DNA of 64,000 nt from Paraspadella gotoi. Its lineage: Eukaryota; Animalia; Chaetognatha. Every line of letters starts with the position of its first letter. The stretch's first letter is position 1. Below the pieces are notes generated by a model that did no database searches, was not told the DNA's origin, and saw only the letters and a program-made list of their open reading frames with translations. The stretch is from positions 15,573,918-15,637,917 of the forward strand of contig CM119269.1 in NCBI GenBank assembly GCA_051294375.1. The letters are read 5' to 3'. Of the stretch, positions 1 to 20,268 are shown piece after piece. A program made the position numbers and the translations under genes.

Positions 1-318
1 AATAATTCTAACCTCTTGACTCCGTAAAGCTATTTCGTTTTCTATGAAAAGTTCTAAGAAGCAAAGCCTGAATTATCCAGAGGTTTTGCAATTATTTCTT
101 TTAATTTTAATTGAATAACTTTTTAAACTAAAAAAAAAAAAAATAAAGATTATCAATCAGTCAACAAATAAAACTTTGATTTTTTAGGCTACATTGTGGA
201 TACGCAACAATTCACGGAGACCAGCGAAATTTGTGCGTGCAAACTGAGGGGAAGCTTTTCCCCGAGGTTTGAGGTTCTGTGCTCCTGGCCATTGGATGAC
301 TGGTGGCCTCTGGTTTCC

Positions 319-2166
319 ATGGTGATCTCTACCTTTTCTTTGGTCTTTGCTCTGGTTCCGTCCGACATTGACGGTCACAAAATTTTGGGGCTCACCCTGC
401 GAATCACCGGCGTCTTGTCGGGAATGTACGCCATCACTGTCGGCTCTTACTTATTGCTCATGAAATCCATGATGTTTTCGGTCGTGATTTTCGTGACTTT
501 TCCGCTGCTTTTTCTCAGAGTTTGCCCTCCTCACGTTTTCGCTGGGCATCTACAAACCGTCTTTCCCTCATCCTGGTTAGACAAAGTAGTCAAACAGTTT
601 TCTCACTCTCGGGATTTACGGCGACTCTCTCTCGCTCAAACCTTTTTGTTTTTCAACTGTTTACTGGGCATCGAATACTTTTTCCAAAGCAAGCAAGCCT
701 TGAACGTTTGGAGAAATGAGGAATTGTCCAGCATCGCCTTGAGCAATTATCCGAAGGTCCGTATGGATCCATTATGTGTTGTTGTGGAACTACTCAAACT
801 TTCAGAACCGGCGTTAAGCGAAATAAAGAGCAGGTGCAGTTCCAATGAGACCGTCGTAATGAAAGTCGCGGACAAAAACAGTTGGGGCAAATTAATTTCG
901 AAGATGTATCCAGGAATGATGGACACGCATCCGGACGAGCAATTCCATTCTGGCCTTTTAAATGAGTGGAAAGGCGAAATTGAAAAGGTAGTCTCTGGAG
1001 TTTCAATGTACATTGGTAATTTTATTTTTCTCAGTCCTGGAAATCATTATCAGTCTTACGCGGTGGTCGCTGACAATGTTATTAATTTTCTACTTTGTTG
1101 TGTTAATGATGTAACATGTCCCGGCAAAAAATCGGAAAAGCTTAAATTCGTGGTGGTGCTGTTTGCATATGGCTTGCCATCGATTCTATCTTCAATGAAT
1201 CGAAGAGAGTCGAAAATAGTTCACAAGGTCATCGAACTGAATAGCATACATTTTGCGTGGACAGTTTGTTTTATGCTTTGCAATTTGTTAAATATAGGAT
1301 ACGTGATTGCTTCGATTATCAAAATGAGAAGAGCGTTTAAACTATCCTTGAGTCTGTTGATAGTGTTTTTATTTATTTCCAGTCAATACACATTTTACAA
1401 TCAACTTGGTTACAGGGCTTTAGCTGTTTGGTCAAAAGATTTTCACCGATATTGTGTCACGAGGTCTAGCCAGATTCCAGGGAATAAGATCTTATTTTCT
1501 CACACGAAAATAATTCGAAAGAACTTTGAACAGAGATTGTCATTTGTGATGATTAGAGAACTTTACAAAACGCCTTTCACATTGGCTTGGATAGCCATGA
1601 TCTGTCTACACGCAACTTTGGTCGTCACATCATCGATCCCAAGCACTCTGCCCGCCTCATTTCATTTTCTATCGGATCTTTTTGCCGTTTCGTCATTTTT
1701 CGGCATCGTTTATGGATGCATAAAATACGCGGAGTCTTTGCAGAGCGAGACGATTTTCGTCAACGCTCATTTACTTGAATATTTTAAGGACGCGCTGAGT
1801 GGCGGCTTTGTCGCTTCGTTACGCTTTTCTCGAAAATTAATCGAGGCAAAGAAGAATGCGATCCATTTGGACGATTGGCACATATATATGACGAAATGGT
1901 TTCGGAGTTACTTGACAAGTTTTGCTTTTTACGAGATGCTAAATGGAAAGGGAAATCTTTTGTCCTGCATCGATGATGAATCTTTAATCAACGGGACGGA
2001 GATCGATGTTGTCTCGGAATCCTTGGTAGAGTTTTGGTCCACATTGAAAACTCTGGTGGAAACGCAAAACTACCTCGTGTGGAAAGAGACATCATTCGGA
2101 TTGTTGGCATCGCTTTCTGGATTGTTTGTGATGATTTCGTGGGGTCGATATCAGTCAATATCGTAG
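319..2166 (+). CDS. Intronless multipass membrane protein (~615 aa from first ATG), family uncertain; C-terminal half resembles gustatory receptor-like/7TM ion channels
   Basis: Frame is open from 172 to the TAG ending at 2166, with first ATG at 319. A possible acceptor (tttttag, AG at 186-187) could add an upstream exon. About 10-12 hydrophobic segments. The last three (FTLAWIAMICLHATLVVT; FLSDLFAVSSFFGIVYGCIKYAESLQSE; YLVWKETSFGLLASLSGLFVMISW) recall GR TM5-TM7. The CDS is well supported; the family is inference. Confidence 0.75.
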   Translation: MVISTFSLVFALVPSDIDGHKILGLTLRITGVLSGMYAITVGSYLLLMKSMMFSVVIFVTFPLLFLRVCPPHVFAGHLQTVFPSSWLDKVVKQFSHSRDLRRLSLAQTFLFFNCLLGIEYFFQSKQALNVWRNEELSSIALSNYPKVRMDPLCVVVELLKLSEPALSEIKSRCSSNETVVMKVADKNSWGKLISKMYPGMMDTHPDEQFHSGLLNEWKGEIEKVVSGVSMYIGNFIFLSPGNHYQSYAVVADNVINFLLCCVNDVTCPGKKSEKLKFVVVLFAYGLPSILSSMNRRESKIVHKVIELNSIHFAWTVCFMLCNLLNIGYVIASIIKMRRAFKLSLSLLIVFLFISSQYTFYNQLGYRALAVWSKDFHRYCVTRSSQIPGNKILFSHTKIIRKNFEQRLSFVMIRELYKTPFTLAWIAMICLHATLVVTSSIPSTLPASFHFLSDLFAVSSFFGIVYGCIKYAESLQSETIFVNAHLLEYFKDALSGGFVASLRFSRKLIEAKKNAIHLDDWHIYMTKWFRSYLTSFAFYEMLNGKGNLLSCIDDESLINGTEIDVVSESLVEFWSTLKTLVETQNYLVWKETSFGLLASLSGLFVMISWGRYQSIS

Positions 2167-2727
2167 AGAGTAGACAGATACATATATTTATTTATATTTT
2201 TTTTTGGCGTTTCATTTCCGCAACAACTTTCAAAATGTTTTTTTTTCAATATTTTATTATTGGATCTATTGGAAAAATACTGCACTTGGTTTTTGTTTTT
2301 CAAGATATTTGTTACTAATGAGAAAAAAGACATAAGCATAACAGTCAACAAATAGGTTTTCTAACTTAATTCTGACCTAATTTGTTTTTCTCGCCCTTTT
2401 TTGTGGCTAGCCAATAAAAAAAACATTTAACATTTTCAGTTCGCATTTTCGCTTTAGTATTTTTATGCTAAAACTTTAAATAAAATCTTTTTGTGCACAC
2501 AATGAAAACAATCAATAATTCACTATTCGTATACGTAGTACGCATAATTGATTTAAATAAAAAGTCGATACAAACTGATATCTGGTGTCTTCTATATTGT
2601 AATAATGACTGGAGGAAAGTACATTTTTTTCCAGATATTGTTTTTCTCTCCAGGTTTCCAAGCTTATTGACCAATCATACAAGAAAAATTCAGGATCCTC
2701 AGCGTTGAACCTTAAATGGAAATAAAA

Positions 2728-8956
<6,229 letters not shown>

Positions 8957-11900
8957 GGTCAATTTTCGACAGGAAACGAAAATAAAGAGGATATTTTTTT
9001 TTCTTCTTGGGATCTTTGAATGATTTCGAGGGTAGAGTTGACGTCTATTTCTGATAGTCGTTGAGCGTCGACTGACTTTCAAGTTAAAAACGATTTAATT
9101 TTGACATTGATACATACTGCAGAGTTATGTGTCGTTTCAGGAGGTCGAGTTTGCAGTATCGCAGAAGGCGAGGCAACGCCACCCCGAGCGATAATTTAGT
9201 TAGGAATTGTTTTCCTTTTCAAGCTCATCATTTTTTTTTTCAGTTCGCGTAAAACTGAAGAGCGTTGGTCGAGTAAAAAATGCAGAAGGCAGATTAAGAT
9301 TTAAAAAAAAAAGATAAAAAAAAGGCAGTGAAAATACAATCGAAGATCGTGATCATTTCGAACGTCAACATCAACTTCATCTTCACCATCATCATCCTTT
9401 GTCGATCCCTCGATTGTTTCCCCGTGAGTCTCGGGGCAGTTGCTCTTCATCGTAAAACAAAACAGCTCAACTCCAGTCAACAAAAAGTATGAATACGATG
9501 AGAGCTAATAATTATGACAAATGGAAAAGTTCGAATTTATTTATGTGATATGATACATACATCAAATGTCTACGGCCCGCCAAAGTTAAGATTAAACCTA
9601 TCTTTTGTTTCGGATTTATCATATTTCGTGATTTAACGATAGAGGCGGGCGAGAGCGATTGGTAAAAACAATAGAGCATCTGAGGTTCTTAGTTTTAAAT
9701 TGTTTTCATTCATCTATTACTAAGAAATGAAGATTTCTATATTAAAAAAGGTCAATTCTAAATACCTGTTACCTAAAAATTACTGAATCACACGGCTATT
9801 TTTTTTTTAAATAATTTTGGACAAATGAAAAAAATGGGAAAGAGTTGGATTGTTTATGTATTAATATATGACAGTGACAATACAATTCATATGTAACTAG
9901 GGGATTTAGAATACAGAAAAAAAAATAAGAGCAAAATTACCGAACTATAGGACGAACGGAAACGAATGGAACTAAGCAGTACAAACCGTACTAACGGAAA
10001 AGAAAATATCGTTTGAGTAAACATAAAAATAAGTAATACGTAAATTGAGACGTAAATGAATTCATTCTGCTGATGTTTTGTCCGTTTAAATGATAATAAA
10101 TGATGAAAATAATGATGATTAAAACGACAAATTTTTTTTAAAAAATCATTTGAACAAACGAGAAAGATCAAGAGTCTGACATAAGAGAAAATAAACGAAA
10201 ACAATTATTAAAAAAAACAAACAAACAAAAGAAACGAAAATAATGATTTTAACAAAAGTGGACGAAAATAATAGCATTCAAATCAAGTTTCAAACTGTAC
10301 CGCGTTAAATTAATATCCGTTTAGGGATATAAACAACGTTCATAATAATATAAATGAAACTTAATTGTATGCATCACGGAGGTAAATGTGAATACGGAAA
10401 TGAATTGACGAAAAAAGTGTTATGATTAAAAAACACGTATTTTTGGGCAGTGTCTATATTCACATAGGCCTTCGATGACAGTTTTCAGAAATATAAAAAA
10501 ATTGGATCTAATTTCTTTTTCCAACCAAAAATCCGACCGCTTTGAACACAATGGTTTAAATTTGTCAATTTATGCAAGATAAAGTAATTCGAATCAAACG
10601 TATGTTCTGATGCACGGAGAGTAGCAGCCATGCAAAAAAATTTTCAGACAATTCGTGCTTGAAATGAGCTACAGTGGGAAATCTCTATAAAAGAGGGGAA
10701 TGTGCAATATTTTTCTGATTATTACGGTAAATTAAGTTGGATATGCTTTCCTTATAAAAATAGATATTGAGCGAAATTCTTTCTTTTTTTTTACCTGAAT
10801 ATTGTTTTCATAAAAACAAAAACAAAATGCTCTTCTCATCCCTTTTGATGTTATTGTAAAGCTAAAGTTTAAAAAAAAATATACTTTTATTTATTAATAA
10901 TCTCATGATCGGGAGAGAGGGAGCAACACGTACGTGGGTAAAATTGATATGTTTAAAGGAAATGTGGCACTGAGATACGAACTACATTCTATAATATTAA
11001 ATAATCCATTCAGGGAATTTGACCACTTTGTAAAGTTTTATGATATACGCTCATACTGTAACAACATCAAGATTGTAAAAATATATTTACAAGAATAAGA
11101 ATGGTTTCTGGAAAGAGGCTATTACTGTAAATACGTCTGGATTTTGCTTGGAAAAATATAAGTTAAAAAAAAAAAACAGTTAAAGAGCAGGGATTGTAAA
11201 AATATGTTTAAGCTCATCGGACCGTAGGCTAACTTAACTGGCCCATTCCATTTTAAAAAAGCTTAAGAGTGACCGAGGGACGTATGAGTACAAAGTCCTC
11301 AGATTTACCTGGACTACGAACTCTATTTCCAAATTTTCGTGAACACCCTTAGCCTTAAAAAAATTTTAAAATACAAAGGTATGACTAATGACTTTGAAAG
11401 ATTCAATGAGAGTGAGCGTCGAAATGAACAGAAACTGGAAAGTTTCGCTAGAATAAAACACGAGTTCAAAAAATACTAGTTGACTTGGAGAGGGGGGGGG
11501 TAAGTCAGCTATAATTCTCTGTGGATAAAAAGACCAGAGGTTGAGTAAACTATAAAATGGTGCGTTCGTAGCGAATCTAAACCCAGCTCTATCAGTCTAT
11601 GAATCAAACTCAGAAGCGACTAACAACTAAACAAGTCGGCTAGTTTTTTTTTTCACCGATCATTGATTGTATATATCTACCGAGTTAAAAAATAATTAGC
11701 TATCACTAATCTATAAAAATACTGTGAAAAATAGTCATGAGATTTGTAATAATAAACCTCGATCAAGGATGTTTAAAATTAAAACGAAAAAATGTTATGA
11801 CCTAGTTATCGATACGAAGCTTTCGTTCTATTTATTAATTTTAAAAAAAATTAAAAATTTTTGTCGTTGACTTTGTTCAATTTCTTTTCTTGAGAACATT

Positions 11901-12150
11901 ACCATCATGACATTATACTCGTCGTTGTCTTCTCTCAATCGACAATCTTGAGGCCTCTCGACGTTCAAAAAAAAACCAAAAAAAAAACACATAAGAAAAC
12001 AACCCAACGTTTCCGCCTCCAAAATGGCGTCGACGCCGACGAAAAATTTCATCCCCGCCTATTTTAAAATACTCTTCCTGGTCGGAGGCCGGATTCCAAT
12101 TTGGAGGGCTGGAGAGGGCGCCTCCTCATATGAGGGCCGCCGTTTCCTAA

Positions 12151-15100
12151 TTAAATAAAAAGACCGCTTTCTTTTATAAAGAGGCCTCCTCCGGCCGGCG
12201 TCTCTTTGATCCTCGCCGTCGACGACGACGTTGCCGAGTTTCGACGCCGTTCTCTTCGTATCGGCGAGGAGTTGGCGTCTCCACGTTCGAAGCGAGAAGT
12301 ACAGGTGGGCGACGATGCCGGCGCCGATGGCCGTCGCCTGGTGGTTGGGGGGGTGGTGTTTGAGGATGTGAAGAGAGCGGGGTGAGGGGTTGGGGATAAT
12401 GAAAAAAAAAAAATAATAATCATATAATTTTTAATAATAATAATGATAATAAGGATAATGAACTGAAACGAAATTTAGAACTAATTAAGAGAAGTTGAAA
12501 GTCAGTTATTAAATCATTCTCTATTTGTTTTTGGCTCAATCATCTCATATTTTGCAAAAGTTTACCATCTTTAATTTTAATGATGGACCTTACTTTGTCA
12601 GCGCGATAGCACATATGATTAGTTATCTCCTATACCAAATTTCATCTCACCCAAATTTTTTCTACAGGCGTCTGCAAAATACCAATGACGTTAAATCTCT
12701 TTCAATTATTATTATCTATATTATTCATGTAATTATTATTATTATTATTACACTCGTATTATTATTATTATTATTATTATTATTTCAATTATTAAATCTT
12801 TAAAGGCAACAAAATCCAATCGAGCGAATCTATCGATCTAGCGAACCTTCGGACAGCAGATCGATAATAAAGATTCTTATCTAGTCCATCACCTCATCGC
12901 ATCACAGACGGAGGTCCTTATCTTCTCCAGCACCCTATCCCTCTAAGCCTTACCCAGCACGTTGATGGAGGTCCTTATCCTGTCCAGCAGCCAATCGACG
13001 GCGACGATGAGGGAGATGTCCTCCAAGGGAAGTCCGACGGAGGAGAGGACGAGCATCATCGTGATGAGTCCGGCCGACGGGACGGAAGCCGCCCCCACGG
13101 ACGCCGCCGTCGCCGTCAGACTGAAGCGGGGGTACGGGGGTGGAGGGAAGGGAGCGAGGCGAAGAACGTTTAAGGAGAGGGGAGATAAAATCTTAAATAA
13201 TTATATTTATTATTATTAATTTTAGCTATAGTTATATGTGGCGATAATGATAATGAATCAATTCGGACGGCATTCAGCCTCGTCTCATTAGCTGAACAAA
13301 CTTAGCATGCCAGTGTGGCAGTGTGACACACCAGGTCATATAATCATATAATCCGTGGGTTACTGAGGTGGTCACGAAAGCTTTAGCGAAATACTGTCGA
13401 TCTTGTTTATTACCACCGTTATCATAGTTTACGTTTACGTTTTATGACAAAACTACTGAATATGTTATGGCAACAGCCGGGTTGCCTGTGATGCCCATTA
13501 AGATGGGGCATCTCACTGTTGATTTTGGGGGCTTCCGACCCTCAGTGACGCCTCCAGTCACTGGCGCGGTTACCCTAGGACGGTCTCGCTTTGCTAACGC
13601 AGAGGGAAGTCGTTAGGACAGTGGATGGAACACAAGGCCTGGGATAGTGAGCTCCCCCTCTGAGCCAATGGCTACTTCTTTCTGTCCACATCCCAAAAAC
13701 ACATTTAGATTTAAAATTCCCCCCACCAAAAAAAAAACAAAACACAAAACAAAAAACAAAACAAAAAAACAAAACAAACCTGACGGTGATGATCTGTCCG
13801 ACGTCGAGATAAATCCCGTTCATCTGCGCGATGAAGATTGCGGCGACGGCCTCGTACAGCGCCGTCCCATCCATGTTGATGGTGGCGCCGACCGGAAGGA
13901 CGAAACGCGTTACTCGTTTGTCCACCTTTAGATTCTCCTCCAGACATCGGAAGGTGATGGGGAGGGTGGCGGCGCTGTTGTGGAGTGGGGGGGTGGAAGG
14001 AGAAAGGGGGGGTTTGAGTTTGTGAGTAATGTTTAAGATTTGTAAGCATATGTATGTTATACAATGTAGTTGAATGGGTTGGATGTGGACATGGATAAGA
14101 CGAATTGAAGTACAATGTTGTCATCGACTGATTAACTAAATGATTAACTGGTAAGTACTAACTATTATTAATGTTTATTGCGACGTTTCTTTTTAAGGAT
14201 ATCATATGCAATATGCTTAACTCGCTTCCTTGCTTCTGTTTCGCTGAATGGACGATAATAAAGAAAAAGGCTAATTTTTAGTTCCTTTGACAAAAACAAC
14301 ATTTCTTTTTTTTTGTCAAAAATTGAAAAAACAAACAAAAAATTCCGGACAAACGAGGAGAGAGAGAGAGAGAGAGAGAGGAGAGACGAAGGAGAGAGAA
14401 GATGAGAGAGAGAGTGAGAGAGAGAGAGAGGAAGAGAGAGAGAGAGAGAGAGGAGAGGCGAGAGAACGGAGAGAGAGACGAGAAAGAGAAATAAAAAACA
14501 CATTTGCACTACCTCAAGAAAAAATGGGCGACGTTTGGCCAGAAAATAATCGAGACATAATCGCGGTACGTGGAGGGCAATTAAATAAAAATTTCTTTCC
14601 GCCCCTTTTCTTTTACAACCCCCTACACGACGTTTATAAAGAATCTAAGCCATGCGAGGGCAAAGCGTTTTTGTGTACTCTTATAATTCGACTCAAAAAT
14701 ATTGACGTTTTTTAAATGGCCGATGAAGAAAGAAAATTAACTCTTAAAAAACATTTGGAATCTGGCTCGGTTTAACGCATTGAATTTCCCACTGATTTAA
14801 ATATTATGTTTCGAAGCGATTTGAAAAATTGTAAACGTTACAAAAAATTTCGACTTCCATATTTCGCTTAAAAAAATACTAGTATGAAAACACATAGTTC
14901 GTAAAAAGTATTCAAATCAAATTTATTAAAGATTATTGCAGAGATAAAAAAAAACAAAAATGTTACAAACCCGACACCATTTTTAAAAAAAGTTAATCGA
15001 ATAAGTGTTAAATACAATATTTTAACAGAATGTAGTTTTTAAGATAATTTTAAAAAAATATTTTTGCGAGCCCGAAGAGAAGGGGAAGGGCAGGTGGGGA

Positions 15101-15531
15101 AGGCAGGAAATCATGCGTTGGTAAAAAGTCCGCGCAGAACTCAAGAAAGAACTGTTCGATGCCCTTTTATTTTCGCCACGCCCACCGGCCGAACTGGCCG
15201 TCTACGACTTGTCTTTAGACTCGTTGACGTCATTCTTCCGCGTCACCCTTTGACACGTCAATACCGCTCGTATGTCACTAGAAAAGCCGGCAAAAATACG
15301 TCTCGACCGTGTTCCGCCGTGACGTCACTTTTGTTTGTAAATTTACTGCATCGACTACGCTTTCGCCTCCTTCGCGATTAGCGTGCTAATTAACGCAGCC
15401 CACGCTAGAAGCAACGTCACATCTTCTTGCTTCCGGAGACGTACAATTTTGGCCGCCGCTCATCCAGACTCTGTTGAAGGGCGTTTCCACGTCGGCGTCG
15501 TAGGCGCCTGGAGAGAGAGACAGAGAAGAGA

Positions 15532-15562
<31 letters not shown>

Positions 15563-15568
15563 CAGAGA

Positions 15569-15612
<44 letters not shown>

Positions 15613-18600
15613 CTTTATGAATTCCTTGAGCCTTTATTGCTTTCGACGACTGAGACACTAATGGGAAATTTACGTACTCTCTCTTTCAAAAAAAAAATAA
15701 AATTATTTTTTTTTTTATGCTTCAATTTTAATGCGTACGAGAAAATGCGGGCGAAGAAAAAAGGAAAAAGCGACACCGGGGTGACATTTTTACTTCTGGC
15801 GTCACGAAGCGTTAAAGAAAAAAAAAAAAAGATTTCGAGAGGCATAATGTTGACGCGGGAGGTTCCGCGGACAAGTATTCTTTCATCTTATTACAAATGA
15901 GATCAAATTACATTAGAACGAGGCTAGTCTAATAAATTCAAATTGATACAAAGATTAAAAATTAAACTCATATATAAAATCAAGAGAAAACGCTTCAAAA
16001 GTAAAATTAAGATGGGCCATGTTGAGTCCGATTAGCACTCTTTTTCCACTCAGCCAACGCCCTTTACCTATACATATACGAGACGCCGGGCCCCGGCGTC
16101 ATCCCGCGCCGCCGTCCAATCCGTCGTCCGCGAACTGGAAACGGGTCGAGGGGCGTGTCGGGATTTGACGCCTGAGTCGGCGACATTGTAACCGTTTTGA
16201 GTCCTGAAATGTGATGAAAAGACTGAGGATAGGAAGTATACGTTATTATTAAGCATTTACAAAAACTAACGAAAATCCCTTTTTTTTCACCGAATTGAGA
16301 CCAGGAAAACCCCACCCTCTCTTAAACCAAGCATGCTTCCCTCAAATTGTTGCAAAGAACCCTCTGAAAAATTCATTACGCATCCTCTCCCCCCCCCAAC
16401 CGAATCCACACGCGGTGGGTCACCCACCGGAATTGTTGTTGTTTCTCGTCCGCTACGGAGACGGAGCTTGGCCAGATTTGGCCTCCGGTTTGACGCCGAC
16501 GCAACATGGACGACATGACGACGACGCCTGGATGACGCGACGATGGAACGACGACGCGAGCGAGGCGGGATCGCGATGTCGATGTAACATCTTGGCAACG
16601 ACGTCCTTGGAAAATAGTTAGTTAATTGTTAAATTTATTTATTTGGTGTATTTTATCTTCTTATTATAGATATTTTAATCGATTCATTTTGATTCATTCA
16701 TTTATTTATTAGTAATGGATTTCTTTATCTTTCATTAAGGACATTTACTTCTATATTTATCTTTTAATTCATTCATTCTGTTCAGCGTCGTTGGATCATC
16801 ATCGTTTTTGTCGTGAATTGAGTTCACTACATTTCTGACATTCTTTTCGTTCAGACATTCCGATATTTAAATCTCATAAATTTATATCTATTCAAACATA
16901 TTCAGTTTTATTCAGTCGTCCAAAATAATGACAGAAGTTGACTGAACAAAATATGTCATTCCCAAATCCGACTCACCGATCCAATTGTAGAACACTCGCA
17001 AAACGGGACGGTTCCGAAACTCGGTTCACGTTCGTGTCGATGGAAGAGGTTTTTGATTTTTGGCAAACAGATGCCGTCGTTGAGGACAAAAGTGACGCGA
17101 GAAGGGTTCCGTGTTGGCGCAGCGGATCGGGTCGTTGACGCACTTGATGGCGGAAAAGGAGAGGAGTTGGGTGATAGAGGAGATTACGAACCAGTTTCGA
17201 CTCTCGATGTTTTGGTTTTTGTTCAGTGAATTTTACGAATCAGAATAGTGTTAAATGAAACAACGCACGGGGGAAAACAGCAAAACAAACAAACATTGGA
17301 AAAACATAGTCTAATCTATAATTATAAATATTATATACATCTTGACAGCAATATAGAAAATGAGAGGAAAAAAGACAGCGAAAAATAATGACTGAGCCCA
17401 AGATCGACCGTTCCGCCCTCCACCTTTCTCCGTCTCGAATCTCCGACATATTGGCGCTTGCGGCGGATGGGCCGCTGACTCTTCGACAGGCGGACGCGCC
17501 GCCCATGAGTCCCAGCAGTCGCGCAGAGCAGCAAGAAGAAAGGACGCAGAATTTCGGCAGCGGTTGTCGATCTTTTCGTCGGTAGGCCCGGCGCTCGGAC
17601 CACGCTGAGATCTCGAGTTGTAGCCGCGGCGCGGCCGTCGCGAGGGGAGTCGGCGGCACCTCCCGGTTCGCGACGAGGAAGAACTGACCCGGATGTAACT
17701 GACCTTTCGAAAACGAACGCGGCCTGTAACTGACCCATTGTAATCACACTTCGATGGAAGTCTACGACGTTCCTCAGCGGACGGTTGACAATTTTTGGGA
17801 GATCCAAGCGCATTGGAACGCGAATAACGCTGGGGCATCGACCGGTGGCAGTTTCTGCAGCGGCGGAAGGCGTTCGCTGCGGCGTCAGCGCTAGGCCTCA
17901 GGTAGAGTCTGGTGTCGCCCGAATGGACGGAATAAATAAAGTCCAAGTCTTTGGAGATTGGCATTCGTCTTTGATTGCCACCGCGCCTGCGCCATTAGAG
18001 CGCGGGCGTTTGTCGTCGTCGTCATGCAGAGCGCACGACCTCCTTGATAAAACCCTTGCGGCGCAAGGATCCTGACGTTTCAACACTCCTTCCTTGCCAT
18101 GGCGATCGCTAGTTGGATATTTTCCTCGCGTCCAAAGTCGTCAATCTTCGAATGCCTCTTTGCAGTTGTGTTTTTTTATTACTGGCGATTTTTTTGCGCT
18201 GACGTGTTTACTGGTTTTAATTTGTTGTTTCCGCTGTTCATCTGTTTTTATATTTTTTCGGCCCTAAAAATGTTTATCGAAATTATAAGTACCGCGCAGC
18301 GACGACAAAACAGAGGGGGAAAAAAAGTGAAAATCGGCGAAAATGTTGTGAAAAGAACGAGGTGACGTATGGCGAGCCAGAGTTTTCGCAAATAATTACC
18401 ATGACGCAAACTTCCTTTTGACCGGGAGAGGATCGAAGAGTAAGGCGATGGAAAAGGGATGGAGAGAATGAATGAGGGATGACGACCGAAAAAAAAAGAG
18501 GATGGAGAGATGGGCGAGCCCATGCGAGCCGCCGGTTCTGGCAACGTTTTGGGGGGGGGAGAGGAATCGAGGCCGAGTTGATGTCGTTTTTCTAATTTGT

Positions 18601-19839
18601 ACTTTCTTATTTGTTATTTTTTTTAAGGGAATTTCGGATAAAAGATTAGATAATATAACAATTTTTTTAAGTATATGAATTTACTGCTAAATTTCAAAAA
18701 AAAAAACTTTTTTAAAAAGTTGCCTGCGCAATATATGGATTATTTTTATTCTTTAAAAGAGCTGTCAAAATTTAGGAAATTTAGGAAAAAAATTATCATA
18801 TCATAATTATATTTTCAAATGATGATTAACAAGTATTTGCTAATTGACAAAACTTTAAAATTTTCAAAAGTTTGAAAATATTTAATGCTGAATTTATAAT
18901 ATATAACTTATTAAAATCAATCAAAAATACTTAAAAGAACTTATTATAAGATCAAGACAGAAACTGGCATTGCAATAGAGTAAACGGTTTCAACAGTTCG
19001 TTATTGCAGATAAAAAGATAGACTAATTGACGTGAAAAAAAAAAGTTATTTTGCCCTTTACGTAATTTAGTTAGCGTAAATGGGTCGAGGGGGGGAGACA
19101 AATTCACGAAACCTTTTTTCGCCCAGGGTTTTTTTTTTATGTTCTCTTTTTATTTTTTGAGAAAGTAAAGTGAATTTCGTGAATTTAAGAGGCAAGAGTG
19201 AGGATGAGGAGAGGAGGATGAGAAAAGAGGGATTTAAGAATAAGAGGAAGAGGAGTTTATCGGCAAGTTGATCATTACGAGGCTCGAGCAAAGCTGAAAA
19301 AACTGAAAAAGAAATAACTCTTTATTCTAATTCTGATAATTCTGAACAATAGTGGCTTTTAAAAACTGTTGACAAATTTTATACTCGAAGGCTTCCAAAA
19401 TCAATTAATTTATTAATTTTTAAGCTGTGTAAATCCGCCAACGCGAAGCGAGAAGTAGTATTTTTAAACGTAAGAAAAATAAAGAATAGATGGTAGACGC
19501 TCGAGTGTACACAGAGCAGGATCGATGTAACGAGGTGTTATTGTTCACAACCGATAAATCCATCGTTGGCGTGGCTAATTTCAATTCATTCCAAAAAAAG
19601 TACGAATGTCCAGAGTATCTAGAAGAATATATCCCCACACCTTCTAAAAAAATCGAGAACTATGTACCCTCCGAGCTGAGAGGATCTCTTTCGCCGTATC
19701 GAAAACAATTTTTAAGAAGAGAACAAAAAAGGGAGTGTTGTTTTTGTTTGTGTGTTTTTTTCGCAGAAAAAAAATGTTGACGTCTGACGGAAAATGAAAA
19801 CCCCGGAATGGCAAAATAAAGAAAAGTCTTCTGCGATCG

Positions 19840-19874
<35 letters not shown>

Positions 19875-20237
19875 CGACGAGAGAGACGAGAGAGAGAGAG
19901 AGAGGAGAGAGAGAGAAGAGAGAGAGAGACAGAGAGAGAGAGAGGGGCTATTTTTTTTCTTTTTCTTTTTCTTATTTCTTAGATATTCTTCTCTATCTCT
20001 TTATTATTATATTATTTGTTTCTGTTTTGATCGTTGAATGTCCGTCCACCAAGATTCCCTTTCCACTTCCAGTCCGTCCCTGTTCCAAATGGACGTTCGA
20101 TTTCCGAAATTAACTTCATATTTTCCGACACGAGTATTTGAATCGCAGCACGAACGCCACCGGAAGTTCCCATTAGCGACGGCGATTTGCGTCGGCGATT
20201 CGTCGGCGGTCCCATTGGTCGCCACGGAACTTTCGGT

Positions 20238-20268
<31 letters not shown>

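Noticed and set aside
10670-10700. Tc1/pogo-like TIR start tacagtggga (similar at ~39715-39733)
   Set aside because: No matching partner TIR could be identified.
13370-13400. ctgagg...gaaa hammerhead-like string
   Set aside because: It lacks the CTGAnGA core and proper helices.
19490-19780. 96-aa [13 protein letters not shown]...
   Set aside because: The frame is not preserved in the other-orientation copy near 30.9-31.1 kb, and it has no recognisable motif.
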